Below, piece by piece: positions 49,700 to 60,582 of a DNA stretch of 64,000 nt. Under the pieces are notes generated by a model. The model worked only from the letters and a program-made list of their open reading frames with translations. It did not search any database and was not told the DNA's origin. Positions within the stretch are counted from its first letter, which is position 1. Each line of letters starts with the position of its first letter. The DNA lies in contig JAVKHQ010000006.1 of NCBI GenBank assembly GCA_031459875.1, positions 1 through 64,000 of the forward strand, in the 5' to 3' direction. The stretch is from Candidatus Fervidifonticultor sextus (GTDB lineage: Bacteria; Sysuimicrobiota; Sysuimicrobiia; Sysuimicrobiales; Humicultoraceae). A program made the translations under genes and the position numbers.

Positions 49700-49822
49700 A
49701 TGGGGCGACTTCGCGACGTCTATTACAGGCTCCGGGCAGATGAGCGGCTCGAGTGGCTGGTCGTCGGCAGCGTAGTGGGCATGATCCTCCTGGTCCTCAT
49801 CCTGCGCTGGCTCCCCCGCTGA
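49700..49822 (+). CDS. Putative 40-aa single-pass membrane protein
   Basis: MGRLRDVYYRLRADERLEWLVVGSVVGMILLVLILRWLPR; AGGAAAGGA upstream. Confidence 0.45.
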   Translation: MGRLRDVYYRLRADERLEWLVVGSVVGMILLVLILRWLPR

Positions 49823-49890
49823 TGGCCAGGATGGGGCGGGTTCGCCGATCCGGCTGCTCGGACAGGCGTGGTATACTACGGGAGGCCGTC

Positions 49891-49968
49891 GCCCCCATCG
49901 TCTAGGCAGGCCCAGGACACCGGTCTTTCAAGCCGGCAACGCGGGTTCGAATCCCGCTGGGGGCACCA
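49891..49968 (+). tRNA. tRNA-Glu (TTC)
   Basis: GCCCCCA/TGGGGGC acceptor stem, CTTTCAA anticodon loop, GGTTCGAATCC T-arm, encoded CCA; TGnTATACT promoter upstream. Confidence 0.97.
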
Positions 49969-50073
49969 CCCGTCCGCCCATCTAGATGTCTGCGTAGCCC
50001 TGCTTTAGCCTGCGGCCCATCCGACCCTGACTCGCTGGTCTACAGGAAACGGGTGGGCCCGCAAAATTGAGTA

Positions 50074-50118
50074 TTGCATTCTGCATTAGAATTTTGTATT
50101 CTCCATAACACAATGCAG
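50074..50118 (+). promoter_or_regulatory. GntR operon promoter with candidate operator
   Basis: TTGCAT-17-TATTCT; repeats TGCATTC, TGCATTA, TGTATTC and inverted AATGCA. Confidence 0.55.
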
Positions 50119-50895
50119 CCAGACTACACGGTACGCCTCCAGGCGGTAACTCGCCGGAATCTCTACGAAGAAGTCCACCGGCGGCTTCGCGAGGCTATCC
50201 TGGCAGGCGAGTTGCCGGCCGGCGAGCGAGTGCACGAGAGCCAGCTGGCTCAGCGTCTCGGTGTGAGCCGGACGCCGGTCAGGGAGTCGGTGCTCAAGCT
50301 CGAGCGCGAGGGGCTCGTCTACCGCGACTCACGCTCGGGATTCGTGATCTACCCGATTACCAAACGCGATATCGCCGATGCCTACGCCTGCCGCAGCGCA
50401 GTTGATGCCCTGGTGGTGTCCAGGGTGGTGGAGGTCGCCACGCCTGCACAGCTGGACAGCCTCGAGGCGGCCCTGACCGCCACCCGAGGTTTCCTGAAAC
50501 AGGAAGACGTCCGCGCCGTCATGCGCTGCAACTCGGAGTTTCACGACCTGCTGGTCCAGATAGCCGGGAGTCATATCTTTCGGACTCTGCATCGCCAAGT
50601 CTGGACCTTCATTGAGCGGTATCGGTTTGCAGCGTTGGCGCTGTTCTCCGAGAGCCCGGGGTCTCTGGAGCGATATCTGCAGTTGCTGCACAGCGTCCTG
50701 CAGGACCACGAGGCGCTGCTGGCGGCCCTGCGCACTCGGGACGCCCAGAGAGCGCGTACCATCGCCGAGCGCCACGGGGAGGCGACGGCGGCCGGGGTAA
50801 TGCAGTGCATTGCGACGCTCGACGACTACCTGCAGCCTGTCCCTTCAGCCGGTCGGCCCGGGGAGAGCCATTACAGAGGAGGCATCAGGACCTGA
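50113..50895 (+). CDS. GntR (FadR/FCD) family regulator
   Basis: ESQLAQRLGVSRTPVRE HTH; NSEFH, DHEAL FCD motifs. Confidence 0.92.
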   Translation: MQPDYTVRLQAVTRRNLYEEVHRRLREAILAGELPAGERVHESQLAQRLGVSRTPVRESVLKLEREGLVYRDSRSGFVIYPITKRDIADAYACRSAVDALVVSRVVEVATPAQLDSLEAALTATRGFLKQEDVRAVMRCNSEFHDLLVQIAGSHIFRTLHRQVWTFIERYRFAALALFSESPGSLERYLQLLHSVLQDHEALLAALRTRDAQRARTIAERHGEATAAGVMQCIATLDDYLQPVPSAGRPGESHYRGGIRT

Positions 50896-50911
50896 TTGGG
50901 GGGAGAGTGCG

Positions 50912-51955
50912 ATGAAGCGGCGCGCAGCTACTGTAGTGGTCATAATCGTGTTAGCCGGTGGTCTGCTGCCTCTGGCCAGAGCGGGTGCTGTCCGGGAGCT
51001 CGTGGTCAATGCCTACGGGGGTGAGTACGAGGAGATCATCAAGGCAACGATCCTCCGGCCCTTTGAACAGACACGCAATGTCCGGATCGTCTACGATCCC
51101 ACCGGTTCCGCCTCCGCGGACTTCGCCAAGATCCGCGCCACCCGAGGTGATCCGGGCTGGGACGTGGTGGTGATGACGGCGCCCGAGAGCCTCATCGGGT
51201 GCCAGCTCGCGCTGCTGGAGAGGCTCTCTGAGGATCGGGTCCCCAATCAGAAGTTCATCTACCACGAGGTGCGGAATGGTGCCGGTCCCTGCGGGGCGGT
51301 CCAGGAGCTGCAGTACATGTCCCTCATGTACAATACCAGGAACGTCACCCCTCCCCCGACGTCGTGGCGGATCTTGTGGGATGCGAAGTACAAGGGGCGC
51401 ATCATCGTGCCTGACATCGGGAACATCCTGGCCGTCTACCTCCTCTTCATGGCCGCATATATGAACGGGGGAGATCAGCACAATCTCGAACCCGGCTGGG
51501 CTCAGATCGCTGCGCTCCGGGATAACGCCCTGGCAGTAATCGAATCCTCGGCGGACATGGTGCCGTACTTCGAGCGTGGCCAAGCTTGGTTGCTGCCCTA
51601 CTGGGATGGACGAGCACACTACTACAAGAACCGGGGCCTGCCCGTTGACTTCCTCATCCCCAAAGAAGGGACCGTGGGGCTTGTCAATACCCTCAATGTG
51701 CCGGTGGGGGCCAAGAACAAAGAGCTCGCATATGAGTTCATCAATTTCTGGCTCAGCAAAGAGATGCAAGAGAAGTGGGCTCAGGCCTACACGGTGGGGA
51801 CCGCGCGTGTTGACACCGTGCTCCCACCCGAGCACAGTCAGCGTCATGTGACGTCGATCCGGCAGCTGAAGACCCTCAAGATTCCCGACTTCCTCTACAT
51901 CGGGCAAAAGCGTTCCGAGTGGGCTGAGCGCTGGAAGAAGATTATGGTTCGGTAG
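50912..51955 (+). CDS. ABC substrate-binding protein (PotD/opine-like)
   Basis: Signal peptide, AYGG, PTSW..LWD..YKG, PKEG, LAYEFINF. Confidence 0.9.
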   Translation: MKRRAATVVVIIVLAGGLLPLARAGAVRELVVNAYGGEYEEIIKATILRPFEQTRNVRIVYDPTGSASADFAKIRATRGDPGWDVVVMTAPESLIGCQLALLERLSEDRVPNQKFIYHEVRNGAGPCGAVQELQYMSLMYNTRNVTPPPTSWRILWDAKYKGRIIVPDIGNILAVYLLFMAAYMNGGDQHNLEPGWAQIAALRDNALAVIESSADMVPYFERGQAWLLPYWDGRAHYYKNRGLPVDFLIPKEGTVGLVNTLNVPVGAKNKELAYEFINFWLSKEMQEKWAQAYTVGTARVDTVLPPEHSQRHVTSIRQLKTLKIPDFLYIGQKRSEWAERWKKIMVR

Positions 51956-52007
51956 GGCACGAGCCCTGTAGCAACGCCCTCTTCGGGGTGTCGGGAGGAT
52001 CACACCC

Positions 52008-52901
52008 GTGACGGGAACTCATGATGCGCTGGCTATGCCCGCGGCGGTGGTTCCCCGCAGGAGTGTTCCTGGATACCTGCCTCTGGTCCTACCGCCTGTT
52101 GCCTACCTGGTGATCATCTTCGTCATTCCCCTGGCGTTGCTCGCTGTCTTGAGCCTCCTGCGCCATGAGGCCGGGCTGATCGTCAACCAGCTTACCCTGG
52201 AGAACTACGCGAAGTTGCTGGGGGACACTTATTACGTGCGTGTGATCTACCGTACGCTGGGGACGTCGCTGGCCGTGGCTTTTTTCGTGACGTTCCTCAG
52301 CTATCCGGTGGCCTACTTCCTGACCAGGACGCGCACCACGTGGAAACCGGTGCTGGTGGCCCTGGTGCTGGCTCCGGAGTTGTCGGGGGTCGTGCTGCGC
52401 ACCTACGGATGGCTCGTGATCCTAGAGCCCGAGGGTCTGCTCAATACGGTCTTGCAGCGCCTGGGCCTGCTGGATGCTCCCCTGAAGCTGGTCCACAATT
52501 ACGCGGCGGTCACCATCGGGCTGACCCATGTTCTGCTCACCTTTGGTGTGTTCACCGTCATGGCGTCGCTGCAGGCCATGGATCCAACACTGGAACTGGC
52601 CGCGCAGAATTTGGGGGCGAACCGCGTACAGACCTTTCTGCGGATCACACTGCCGTTGACCCTGCCCGGGATTTTGGGCTCCTTCTTCTTGGCGTTCGCC
52701 CTGGCGGCTGGCGCCTACGCGACCCCTGCGATCCTGGGTGGCAAGACCGTTGAGGTCATGTCCACCCTAATCTACACCCAACTGCTCTACATCTTGAACT
52801 GGCCGCTGGCGTCGGCGGCAGCGGTCATCCTGCTGGTGATCGTTCTGACGACGCTCATGCTGTTGGGCCGGTTTGGCGCCCGGCGTGGGGCGGTTCTGTG
52901 A
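52008..52901 (+). CDS. ABC permease (PotB-like)
   Basis: YPVAY, RTYGW, AAQNLGA EAA loop. Confidence 0.92.
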   Translation: MTGTHDALAMPAAVVPRRSVPGYLPLVLPPVAYLVIIFVIPLALLAVLSLLRHEAGLIVNQLTLENYAKLLGDTYYVRVIYRTLGTSLAVAFFVTFLSYPVAYFLTRTRTTWKPVLVALVLAPELSGVVLRTYGWLVILEPEGLLNTVLQRLGLLDAPLKLVHNYAAVTIGLTHVLLTFGVFTVMASLQAMDPTLELAAQNLGANRVQTFLRITLPLTLPGILGSFFLAFALAAGAYATPAILGGKTVEVMSTLIYTQLLYILNWPLASAAAVILLVIVLTTLMLLGRFGARRGAVL

Positions 52902-53722
52902 GGATGCCCGTGCAGCGGATGATCAAGCGGGCGCTGCCACGGGCGGCCTTCACGCTGGTTGTGATGGCGATTTACGCCTTCATGTTCCTCCCCATCGCCG
53001 TGGTCCTGGTGACCTCCGTGGGTGCATCGCGGTATTTGGAGTTCCCGCCGCGCGCCCTCAGCCTGCGGTGGTATCAGGCGGTATTGGTGAAGGATTGGAT
53101 CGAGCCCGCCAGGGTGAGCTTCAATCTGGCGCTGGTGTCAGCCGCCATCGCCACCCTCTTGGGGTCGGCAGGTGCTTTCGCCATCGTGCGGCACCGGTTC
53201 CTGGGACGGGATGCGATCGCGGCGTTGCTTCACTCTCCGCTGGCAATCCCGTCCATTGTCGCGGGGGTTGCTATTCTGCAGTTCTTTACCGTCGTGGGCG
53301 CCAAGTGGCTGCTGGGGTTTCCGGCCTTGCTGTTGGCCCATGCAATGGAGACCATCCCCTTCGTCACTCGCACCGTCTCCGTAAGCCTGCTGGGGGTAGA
53401 TCGTACCTTGGAGCAGGCGGCCATGAACCTAGGGGCGCGGCGCTGGCAGACGCTGCGACATGTGACCCTGCCGCTCATCAAGCCGGGATTGTTCGCGGGG
53501 GCGGCTTTCGCCTTCGTCATCTCCTTCAACAACGTGAACCTTTCCCTCTTTCTCGTCCGTCCGGGTGTCATCACCCTGCCCATCCGGATCATGAACTTCC
53601 TGGAGTTTGGCGTGGCGCCGGTTCTGGCCGCGGTGAACATTCTCTCCCTGGCCGCCGTGCTGGTGGTGGTCGCAGTGGCCGAGCGCGTGGGCGGCTTCAC
53701 GAAGTTCCTGTACGGGCAGTAG
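52898..53722 (+). CDS. ABC permease (PotC-like)
   Basis: FPP..SLRWY, LEQAAMNLGA, TLPI. Confidence 0.92.
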   Translation: MRMPVQRMIKRALPRAAFTLVVMAIYAFMFLPIAVVLVTSVGASRYLEFPPRALSLRWYQAVLVKDWIEPARVSFNLALVSAAIATLLGSAGAFAIVRHRFLGRDAIAALLHSPLAIPSIVAGVAILQFFTVVGAKWLLGFPALLLAHAMETIPFVTRTVSVSLLGVDRTLEQAAMNLGARRWQTLRHVTLPLIKPGLFAGAAFAFVISFNNVNLSLFLVRPGVITLPIRIMNFLEFGVAPVLAAVNILSLAAVLVVVAVAERVGGFTKFLYGQ

Positions 53723-53724
53723 AG

Positions 53725-54810
53725 ATGGCAACGATCCCGGACGTCGAGCTGCGCGGGGTCACGAAACGTTTTGGGTCTGTCGAGGCCGTTCGGGATGTGT
53801 CGCTTCAGATTAGCCGCGGGGAGTTCTTCACCCTGCTCGGGCCCAGCGGGTGTGGGAAGAGCACGACGCTCAACATGATCGCGGGATTCGTGGACCCCAC
53901 CGACGGGCTGGTATTCTTGCGCGGCGAGTGCGTGAACTACCGTCCTCCCTTTGAGCGGAACACCGCCATGGTCTTTCAAAACTACGCCCTGTTTCCTCAC
54001 ATGACCGTCTGGGACAACGTGGCCTTCGGCCTGCGCATGCGGCGCGTCTCCGCGGGGGAACTCCGGCGGCGAGTGGACGAGGCTCTGGAGAAGGTTCGCC
54101 TGGCAGGGTTCGAGAGCCGTTTCCCCCGCCAGCTCAGCGGCGGCCAACAGCAGCGCGTGGCCCTGGCGCGGGCCATCGTCACCCGCCCTGCGGTTCTGTT
54201 GCTGGACGAGCCCTTGAGCAACCTCGACCTCAAGTTGCGGGAGGCGATGCGGTTGGAGCTCAAGGCGCTGCAACGTGAACTGGGCGTGACGACCCTCTAC
54301 GTGACCCACGACCAATCCGAGGCGCTGGTGATGTCGGACCGCATTGCGGTGATGAACCACGGCCGCATCGAACAGCTGGGTACGGCTGTCGACATCTACG
54401 AAAGACCCGCTACGCCTTTCGTGGCCAGTTTTATCGGCACGACCAACTTCTTGAGGGTGCGCGCTGTCGAGATGTGGACGGACGGGCGTGCTTCGGTGGT
54501 CACCGCAGGTGGACTGGCGCTGGAGGCTACTGTGGGGTCCTCCGCGGAGGGCGACCGGCTCATGGTGGCGATCCGACCGGAGAAGATCCAATTGCTATCC
54601 CCGGCGCTAACCGATGAGGGTTTCCATCGCGGCGTGGTCGTTCACGCGATCTACCTGGGCTCGATGGTCCGCTACATCGTTGCCCTGGACGGTGGCGAGG
54701 AGATAGCGGTGGACCAAGTCAGCGGTGACAACGCGGTGACCTGGACAAAAGGGAACCAGGTTGCTGTCCGACTGTCGCCGCAACACTGCTTGCTCATGAG
54801 CGATCGGTAG
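53725..54810 (+). CDS. ABC ATP-binding protein (PotA-like)
   Basis: [26 protein letters not shown]-like tail. Confidence 0.95.
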   Translation: MATIPDVELRGVTKRFGSVEAVRDVSLQISRGEFFTLLGPSGCGKSTTLNMIAGFVDPTDGLVFLRGECVNYRPPFERNTAMVFQNYALFPHMTVWDNVAFGLRMRRVSAGELRRRVDEALEKVRLAGFESRFPRQLSGGQQQRVALARAIVTRPAVLLLDEPLSNLDLKLREAMRLELKALQRELGVTTLYVTHDQSEALVMSDRIAVMNHGRIEQLGTAVDIYERPATPFVASFIGTTNFLRVRAVEMWTDGRASVVTAGGLALEATVGSSAEGDRLMVAIRPEKIQLLSPALTDEGFHRGVVVHAIYLGSMVRYIVALDGGEEIAVDQVSGDNAVTWTKGNQVAVRLSPQHCLLMSDR

Positions 54811-54823
54811 GAGGTGCCCACGG

Positions 54824-56176
54824 GTGCTCATCATCAAGAACGGCGCTGTTATCCCTGGAGACGGGCGCACGGTGCTGGAGCCAGGCGTGGTGTACATTGA
54901 AGGCGACCGGATCGCGGAGGTCTCGACGTCCCCAGGCCGCAGCGGCGGCCCCCAGGATCGCATCATTGACGCACGGGGAGCCGTGGTGTTCCCCGGTCTC
55001 ATCAATACCCACGCGCACGCCTGCACGGTAGGTCCGCTCTTCGCATCGGGCTCTCCGGCCATCCCGCTACAGCAGGCCGTACGGAACCTGGACAGGCACC
55101 TTCGGTTTGGCACCACTACCGTCATCAACGTCGATGGGTTCGCGTTGCCCGAGGAGGTCGAGGTCGTGCGGGCCGTGCATCCGCTCCGCGTCCTCAACGG
55201 GACGTGTCACTTGCCGGTGAGCCTGGAAGCCGCGTCCAAGGCCGATGGCCGTGGACTTACCCATCGGCATCGGACGGCAACCGCCGATGAGCTGGCCGTA
55301 GCGGGTGCGGTGCTGATCGGTGAGGTGGGGGCCGGGCACACCCTGGGCGGCGGGGGCCAGGACTACATGTTCATCCCAATGCGTGTGCGCGAGCGCACCG
55401 GGGTGGAACTTGAACCCCGCCAGGCCCAGGCCCTCAAGTGGGCTGTCCTGGGTCGCCACATCGATCCGGCGCACTACGACAGGGCCAGGGTCGCGGCCGT
55501 CCTGACCGAGGTCGGCCTAGCCGGAAGACTCACCGAGGACGAGGCGCGGGAGCTCGTGTGCGAGTCCGTGCTGCCGTCGTTCCAGCTGGGGCTGAAGGGA
55601 TTCGCCGAGGCGGGGGACGCAGGCCGGCGATTGGGACTTCCGGTGCTGGTCCACAACTCCGCTCCGTCATGGGGGGCGACCCGCGATCTGGCCACAACCC
55701 TCGGTCCGCTGTTGATCGCCGGCCATACGAACCATACGACCTTTACCGTTGAAGAATCGCTGGCATCGGCTCGTGAGTTACGGCGCTGGGGGTCCTTCAT
55801 CGAAGTCTGCACGCTGGACGCCTTTGGCGCCAAGCGGCTTGTCGAGACCCTTGATCACATTAATGCCCTCTTGGCTTCCGGCCTCGTGGACATCTGGGCG
55901 ACCGACTACGCTGGAGGATACTGGGACTGCCAGCTGGTGGGCCTGGAGGCCGTCGTTAGAGCGGGTACGGTGTCGCTCCCCGCAGGCATCGCGCTCGCCA
56001 GTCGCAACCCAGCGCGGGCCGTCGGTACGCTGGCCGACCGGGGTGAACTCGCCCCTGGCAGGCTGGCGGATGTGGTCATCGCCAGCGCCGACCGGCTTTC
56101 CGAGGTTCATACGGTCATTATCGGCGGTGCCATCGTCTACGAGCACGGCGAGGTTCGCCGCCAGGTTTTGCACTAG
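54824..56176 (+). CDS. Amidohydrolase family protein
   Basis: PGLINTHAH metal site, GTTTV, ATDY, RGELAPGRLADVVI. Confidence 0.85.
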   Translation: MLIIKNGAVIPGDGRTVLEPGVVYIEGDRIAEVSTSPGRSGGPQDRIIDARGAVVFPGLINTHAHACTVGPLFASGSPAIPLQQAVRNLDRHLRFGTTTVINVDGFALPEEVEVVRAVHPLRVLNGTCHLPVSLEAASKADGRGLTHRHRTATADELAVAGAVLIGEVGAGHTLGGGGQDYMFIPMRVRERTGVELEPRQAQALKWAVLGRHIDPAHYDRARVAAVLTEVGLAGRLTEDEARELVCESVLPSFQLGLKGFAEAGDAGRRLGLPVLVHNSAPSWGATRDLATTLGPLLIAGHTNHTTFTVEESLASARELRRWGSFIEVCTLDAFGAKRLVETLDHINALLASGLVDIWATDYAGGYWDCQLVGLEAVVRAGTVSLPAGIALASRNPARAVGTLADRGELAPGRLADVVIASADRLSEVHTVIIGGAIVYEHGEVRRQVLH

Positions 56177-56191
56177 CAGGAGGGGGCAGCG

Positions 56192-57610
56192 GTGCCGGGG
56201 TCCTCGATCGAACGGCTGGCCCATTTCGCTGCCGGGGTGGCATTTGGCGCGCTGCCGCCCGAGGTGGTTGAACGGGCGCGGGCTTCCCTCCTCGATGGCA
56301 TCGGGTGCATTCTCGGGGCTTGGAGTCTCCCCGAAGGCCGATGGATCGCCGAACGCACCGAGGCAGTCGGCGGAACGCCCGAGGCCATCATCCCGGGCGG
56401 CTCGATCGCCGTCCCTGTGGGACCGGCAGCCTATGCCGCGGGGACCATGATCAACCTCCTGGACTTTGACGACACGGCGCCGATGGCCGGCCATCCCGGT
56501 GCTGCTGTTCTTCCCGCAGTGCTGGCTGTGGTAGGGCTTCGGTCGCATGGAAAGGAGTGTGGTCGAACCCCTGTGGGCGTTCCTGCGGACGTATCCGGGT
56601 CGGATCTGCTGGTAGCGCTGGTGGCGGGCTATGAGGTGGCACTGCGCATTGCCGCAGCCGGTAGGCCCACCGCGGATCGAGAGGCCCGAATCCGCGGGCA
56701 CGGCACCTGGCAGGCGTTCGGTGCGGCCGCCGCTGCAGGGCGACTGCTCGGTCTGGATGCCACACAGATGGCGAACGCCCTGGCGCTAGCCGCGCTCCAC
56801 GCCCCGATACCGTTCGTCGGTCGCTGGTACCAGCGCCCCGTGGGCACCCTCAAGAATAACTACGGGTGGGTGGCCCTGGGCGGCGTGCAATCGGCCATGT
56901 TGGCTGCTGCAGGCTGGCGGGGGAACCTCAACGTGCTTGATGGGCCTGGTGGGTTCTGGGAGATGGCGGGCTCCGATCGCTGGGCCGAAGAGGCCATCGG
57001 TGACGGCCTGGGGACCACATTCCAGATGCTTCAGGTCGGACACAAGACCTACCCGGCCTGCTGGCATCTCGGAGCGGCGCTGGGAGCGTTGGAGCGGATC
57101 TTGCGTCAGGGATCTCTTGCCTCCCACCAGGTGTGCAGGGTCCGCATCGCGTCGGTCGATCGCATCACGAACTTCACCGACTGGACGCCAACGACTCCCT
57201 ACGATGCGCAGTTCAGCCTGCCGTACACCGCAGCCATGATCCTCCTGGGCGTACCTCCCGGCCCGGAGTGGTTCGCCGCAGATCGTCTCACCGCTGGCGA
57301 CGTGCGGAGCCAGATGGCCAAGATCGCCGTCGTCGTGGACAAGGACATGCGGTCCGATCTCCCGGGTCGTACCCCCGCCAGGGTCACCGTGGAGACCGTC
57401 ACGGGGAAGAGCTGGACGGAGGAGGCTTCCCATCCGCCGGGCGATCCCAGCGCGCCGCTATCGTGGGACCAGGTGGCAAGCAAGTTCGTCCGTCTCGCCG
57501 CCCTCCGGCTGGGGCCCGAGGAAGCCGCGGGAGTCGTGCAGTGGTGTGGCCGGCTCGGAGCGCCTGATTCCGAGCACCTGGTGGGTCCAGCGCTTTCAAT
57601 GGAGCGGTAG
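56192..57610 (+). CDS. MmgE/PrpD family protein
   Basis: LDFDD..GHPG, GYEV, KTYPAC, AQFSLPY. Confidence 0.9.
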   Translation: MPGSSIERLAHFAAGVAFGALPPEVVERARASLLDGIGCILGAWSLPEGRWIAERTEAVGGTPEAIIPGGSIAVPVGPAAYAAGTMINLLDFDDTAPMAGHPGAAVLPAVLAVVGLRSHGKECGRTPVGVPADVSGSDLLVALVAGYEVALRIAAAGRPTADREARIRGHGTWQAFGAAAAAGRLLGLDATQMANALALAALHAPIPFVGRWYQRPVGTLKNNYGWVALGGVQSAMLAAAGWRGNLNVLDGPGGFWEMAGSDRWAEEAIGDGLGTTFQMLQVGHKTYPACWHLGAALGALERILRQGSLASHQVCRVRIASVDRITNFTDWTPTTPYDAQFSLPYTAAMILLGVPPGPEWFAADRLTAGDVRSQMAKIAVVVDKDMRSDLPGRTPARVTVETVTGKSWTEEASHPPGDPSAPLSWDQVASKFVRLAALRLGPEEAAGVVQWCGRLGAPDSEHLVGPALSMER

Positions 57611-57614
57611 GATC

Positions 57615-58766
57615 GTGAACACCATTCTGGAAGCGGATGTCGTGGTCATTGGGGCAGGTGCCGTCGGTAACTCCATCGCCTATCATCTCGCCAAGCGCGG
57701 GAAGGCGGTCGTGATCGTCGACCGACGGGCGCCGGCGGCCGAGGCCAGCGGGGCCAATTTCGGCCTGGTCTGGGTGCACTCCAAAGAGCCCTGGTACTAC
57801 ATGGAGCTCTCCCTGATCAGCGCGCGCCTTTATCCGCCGCTCGTTGCGGAGTTGGACATCGATGTGGAGCTCCGCCAGGAGGGCGGCCTGGTCCTGTGCA
57901 TGAGCGAGGAGGAGTACCAGAAGGGAGAAGCGATGATCGCCCGCCAGAGGCAGAGCCCGCTCTTCCGCGGGCGCATGCTCTCGGCCCGGGAGGTGCATGA
58001 GCTGCAACCCGGGATCACGCCCGAGATCGTCGGCGCGAGCTGGAGCCCGGACGACGGTGATCTGAATCCCATCGCATACACGTTGGCGCTGGCCAGGGCC
58101 TGTGAGCGGTGGGGCGTGAAGATCCTTCCCGGCACCACCGTGACCGACATCGAGCGGACGGACGGTCGGATCACGGGTGTGATGACCGACCGGGGAAGAA
58201 TCGCCACGCCCATTGTGGTCAACTCTGCGGGCGTGCACGCCCCGAAGATCGGTGAGATGGTGGGGCACCCCCTGCCCATCGAACCCAGCCGAGGTCAGGA
58301 GTTGATCACCGAGAGTGCCTCGCCGTTGCTGCGCTACCCGATGTCCGGCATCAGGCAGATGAAAGCGACCGGACAGTTCATCCTGGGATTCACCGATGAA
58401 TGGGTGGGGTTCGACAAGCGCACCACGATGGCGGGCATGACGAAGATCGCCGCCAACGCCGTGCGCAAGGTGCCTGCCGTCCGCCATCTCCGCGTCATTC
58501 GCTCCTGGGCCGGGCTGAGGCCGATGCCCAGGGATGGCCTGCCGCTCATCGGCCAACTCCGCGAGGTGCCCGGCTTCTACGTTGCGGTCGGACACAGCGG
58601 GATCACGCTATCCCCCATGTACGGTCGGGCACTCTCCGAGCTGATCTGCGATGGGACGACGACCCTTCCTATCGAACCCTACCATCCGTGTCGGTTTGAT
58701 CCAGAAGGAGGGGCACCGGAGCGCCTGACTACCGAAGCGGCGGCTGCGAGAGAGGAGAAACGATGA
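57615..58766 (+). CDS. FAD-dependent oxidoreductase (opine oxidase B/DadA-like)
   Basis: VIGAGAVG, ASGANFG, RSWAGLRP..DGLP, GHSGITL. Confidence 0.9.
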   Translation: MNTILEADVVVIGAGAVGNSIAYHLAKRGKAVVIVDRRAPAAEASGANFGLVWVHSKEPWYYMELSLISARLYPPLVAELDIDVELRQEGGLVLCMSEEEYQKGEAMIARQRQSPLFRGRMLSAREVHELQPGITPEIVGASWSPDDGDLNPIAYTLALARACERWGVKILPGTTVTDIERTDGRITGVMTDRGRIATPIVVNSAGVHAPKIGEMVGHPLPIEPSRGQELITESASPLLRYPMSGIRQMKATGQFILGFTDEWVGFDKRTTMAGMTKIAANAVRKVPAVRHLRVIRSWAGLRPMPRDGLPLIGQLREVPGFYVAVGHSGITLSPMYGRALSELICDGTTTLPIEPYHPCRFDPEGGAPERLTTEAAAAREEKR

Positions 58767-59074
58767 GTGCGGGACCGGCGCGCATCGAACGCATCAGGCG
58801 TGGTGCACCGTTGCGGTTTGAGGTAGACAGTGTCCAGGTCACGGCCTTTGAAGGCGAGCGCATCGCCGCTGCGCTGCTGGTCAGCGGTCGGATGGCACTG
58901 AGACGAAGCCAGAAGCTCGGGGAGCCGCGGGGGCTGTTCTGTGGAATTGGGCTCTGCTTCGAGTGTCTGGTTCAGGTGGAAGGGTTGGGTACCGTTCTTG
59001 CGTGTCAGACACCGGTTCGCGAGGGAATGCGTGTGGCCACTACAAAGGCCAGGCCCGCAGGGGCATCATCATGA
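58763..59074 (+). CDS. 2Fe-2S subunit of an opine-oxidase-like complex
   Basis: GLFCGIGLCFECLV..ACQT..GM. Confidence 0.9.
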   Translation: MSAGPARIERIRRGAPLRFEVDSVQVTAFEGERIAAALLVSGRMALRRSQKLGEPRGLFCGIGLCFECLVQVEGLGTVLACQTPVREGMRVATTKARPAGASS

Positions 59075-60510
59075 GGGACCGGCGGATTGTGGTCGTCGGT
59101 GGTGGACCTGCAGGGATCGCCGCAGGTTTGGAAGCCGCGCTGGCGGGCGCCCAGGTGACCATTGTTGAGGAGCGGGAGGACCTGGGCGGGCAGTACTACA
59201 AGCAGTTGCCCTCGGGATGGATTGCTGAAACAAGGAGTTGGCTTGATCGGCAGTACGATGAGGGCCGCGAGCTGATCGAGCAGCTCCGACGATTAGGTGT
59301 GGAGATCCTGACCGGTACCCTGGTCTGGAGCCTCTTCGAGGATCATACTCTTGGCCTCACGGATGGGACAGCCGTCTGGCAATTCCCCTATGCGAAGCTC
59401 ATTCTCGCGACAGGGGCAGGAGAACTGCCGGTGGCCCTCCCTGGGTGGACCCTGCCGGGTGTCCTGACTGGGGGCGGTGCCCAGAGCCTGGCTACGGGTC
59501 AGGGAGTGCTTGTGGGCCGACGGATTCTCCTCGCCGGTGTCGGTCCGTTTCAGCTTCGCGTTGCCGCCCAATTGATAGAGGCCGGTGCCGGCATCGTCGC
59601 TATCTTGGACGCCGCGAACACGTGGACTACTGCGCGCTCTGCTGCGCGCGTGCTCGTTTATTGGAAACAGTTCCGCCAGGCCCTGAACTACTTCGCGGTC
59701 GTTCGAAGGGCAGGTGTGAAGATCTTCCGTGCACACCTGCCGACGCGGATCCTTGGGGATGACCGCGTCGAACGTGTCGTGGCCTCACGCGTTGACGATC
59801 AGTGGCGACCACTTCCTGGCACGGAGGTGGAATTTGATGTCGATGCCGTCTGTCTGACATTTGGGTTCGTTCCGTCGGTAGAGCTCGCCCGCCTCGCCGG
59901 CTGTCGGCTGGACTATCGGCCCGATGCGGGAGGGTGGTTCGTCTGGCACGGCGCAACTCAAGCAACTTCGGTTCCGGATGTCTTTGTTGCCGGGGAAGCC
60001 GGCGGTGTGGAGGGTGCCGCCGTGGCGCTGGAAGAGGGCCGACTGGCTGGTCTCGAGGCGGCGTGGCAGCTGGGTGTCGTGGAGGAACGACGGTACCGGA
60101 TGCGACGAGGGGAGATTGAACAGGCCCTCACGCGGGCGCGCCGACCCGCGCGCATCCTGCGCAGCCTGACCGCGATTCGGCCGGGGCTGTTCGAGTTGAT
60201 CACTGATGACACCATCGTGTGCCGATGCGAGGACGTGCGGGCCGGGGAGGTTCTCGCGGCTGCGAACCGCTGGGAGCCGGGACTTCGTGGCGTCAAGTTG
60301 TGGACGCGGGCTGGCATGGGAATGTGTCAGTCACGGATGTGTGGGCATATCATCAGCGGGTTGATTGCCAGGACCAAGGGCATCCCGATCGACTCCATCT
60401 CGCTGGATACCCCGCGCCCTCCGGTGAAGCCGGTACCTCTTGCGGCCATGGCAGCTCCTCGGGATGGCGGCGGGGCGGCTCTTGGGGCCTGGCACGAACG
60501 CAAGGCCTGA
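59071..60510 (+). CDS. Opine oxidase A-like flavoprotein with BFD-like 2Fe-2S C-terminus
   Basis: GGGPAG, ILATGA..PGWTLPGV, VCRCE, TRAGMGMCQSRMC, RPPVKP. Confidence 0.9.
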   Translation: MRDRRIVVVGGGPAGIAAGLEAALAGAQVTIVEEREDLGGQYYKQLPSGWIAETRSWLDRQYDEGRELIEQLRRLGVEILTGTLVWSLFEDHTLGLTDGTAVWQFPYAKLILATGAGELPVALPGWTLPGVLTGGGAQSLATGQGVLVGRRILLAGVGPFQLRVAAQLIEAGAGIVAILDAANTWTTARSAARVLVYWKQFRQALNYFAVVRRAGVKIFRAHLPTRILGDDRVERVVASRVDDQWRPLPGTEVEFDVDAVCLTFGFVPSVELARLAGCRLDYRPDAGGWFVWHGATQATSVPDVFVAGEAGGVEGAAVALEEGRLAGLEAAWQLGVVEERRYRMRRGEIEQALTRARRPARILRSLTAIRPGLFELITDDTIVCRCEDVRAGEVLAAANRWEPGLRGVKLWTRAGMGMCQSRMCGHIISGLIARTKGIPIDSISLDTPRPPVKPVPLAAMAAPRDGGGAALGAWHERKA

Positions 60511-60582
60511 TGTCCATGCATCCGCGGGGCATGGCTGGAAAGGGCAGTGGCGTGTTGCCGATGCCGTGAGGAGGCGCATCAG

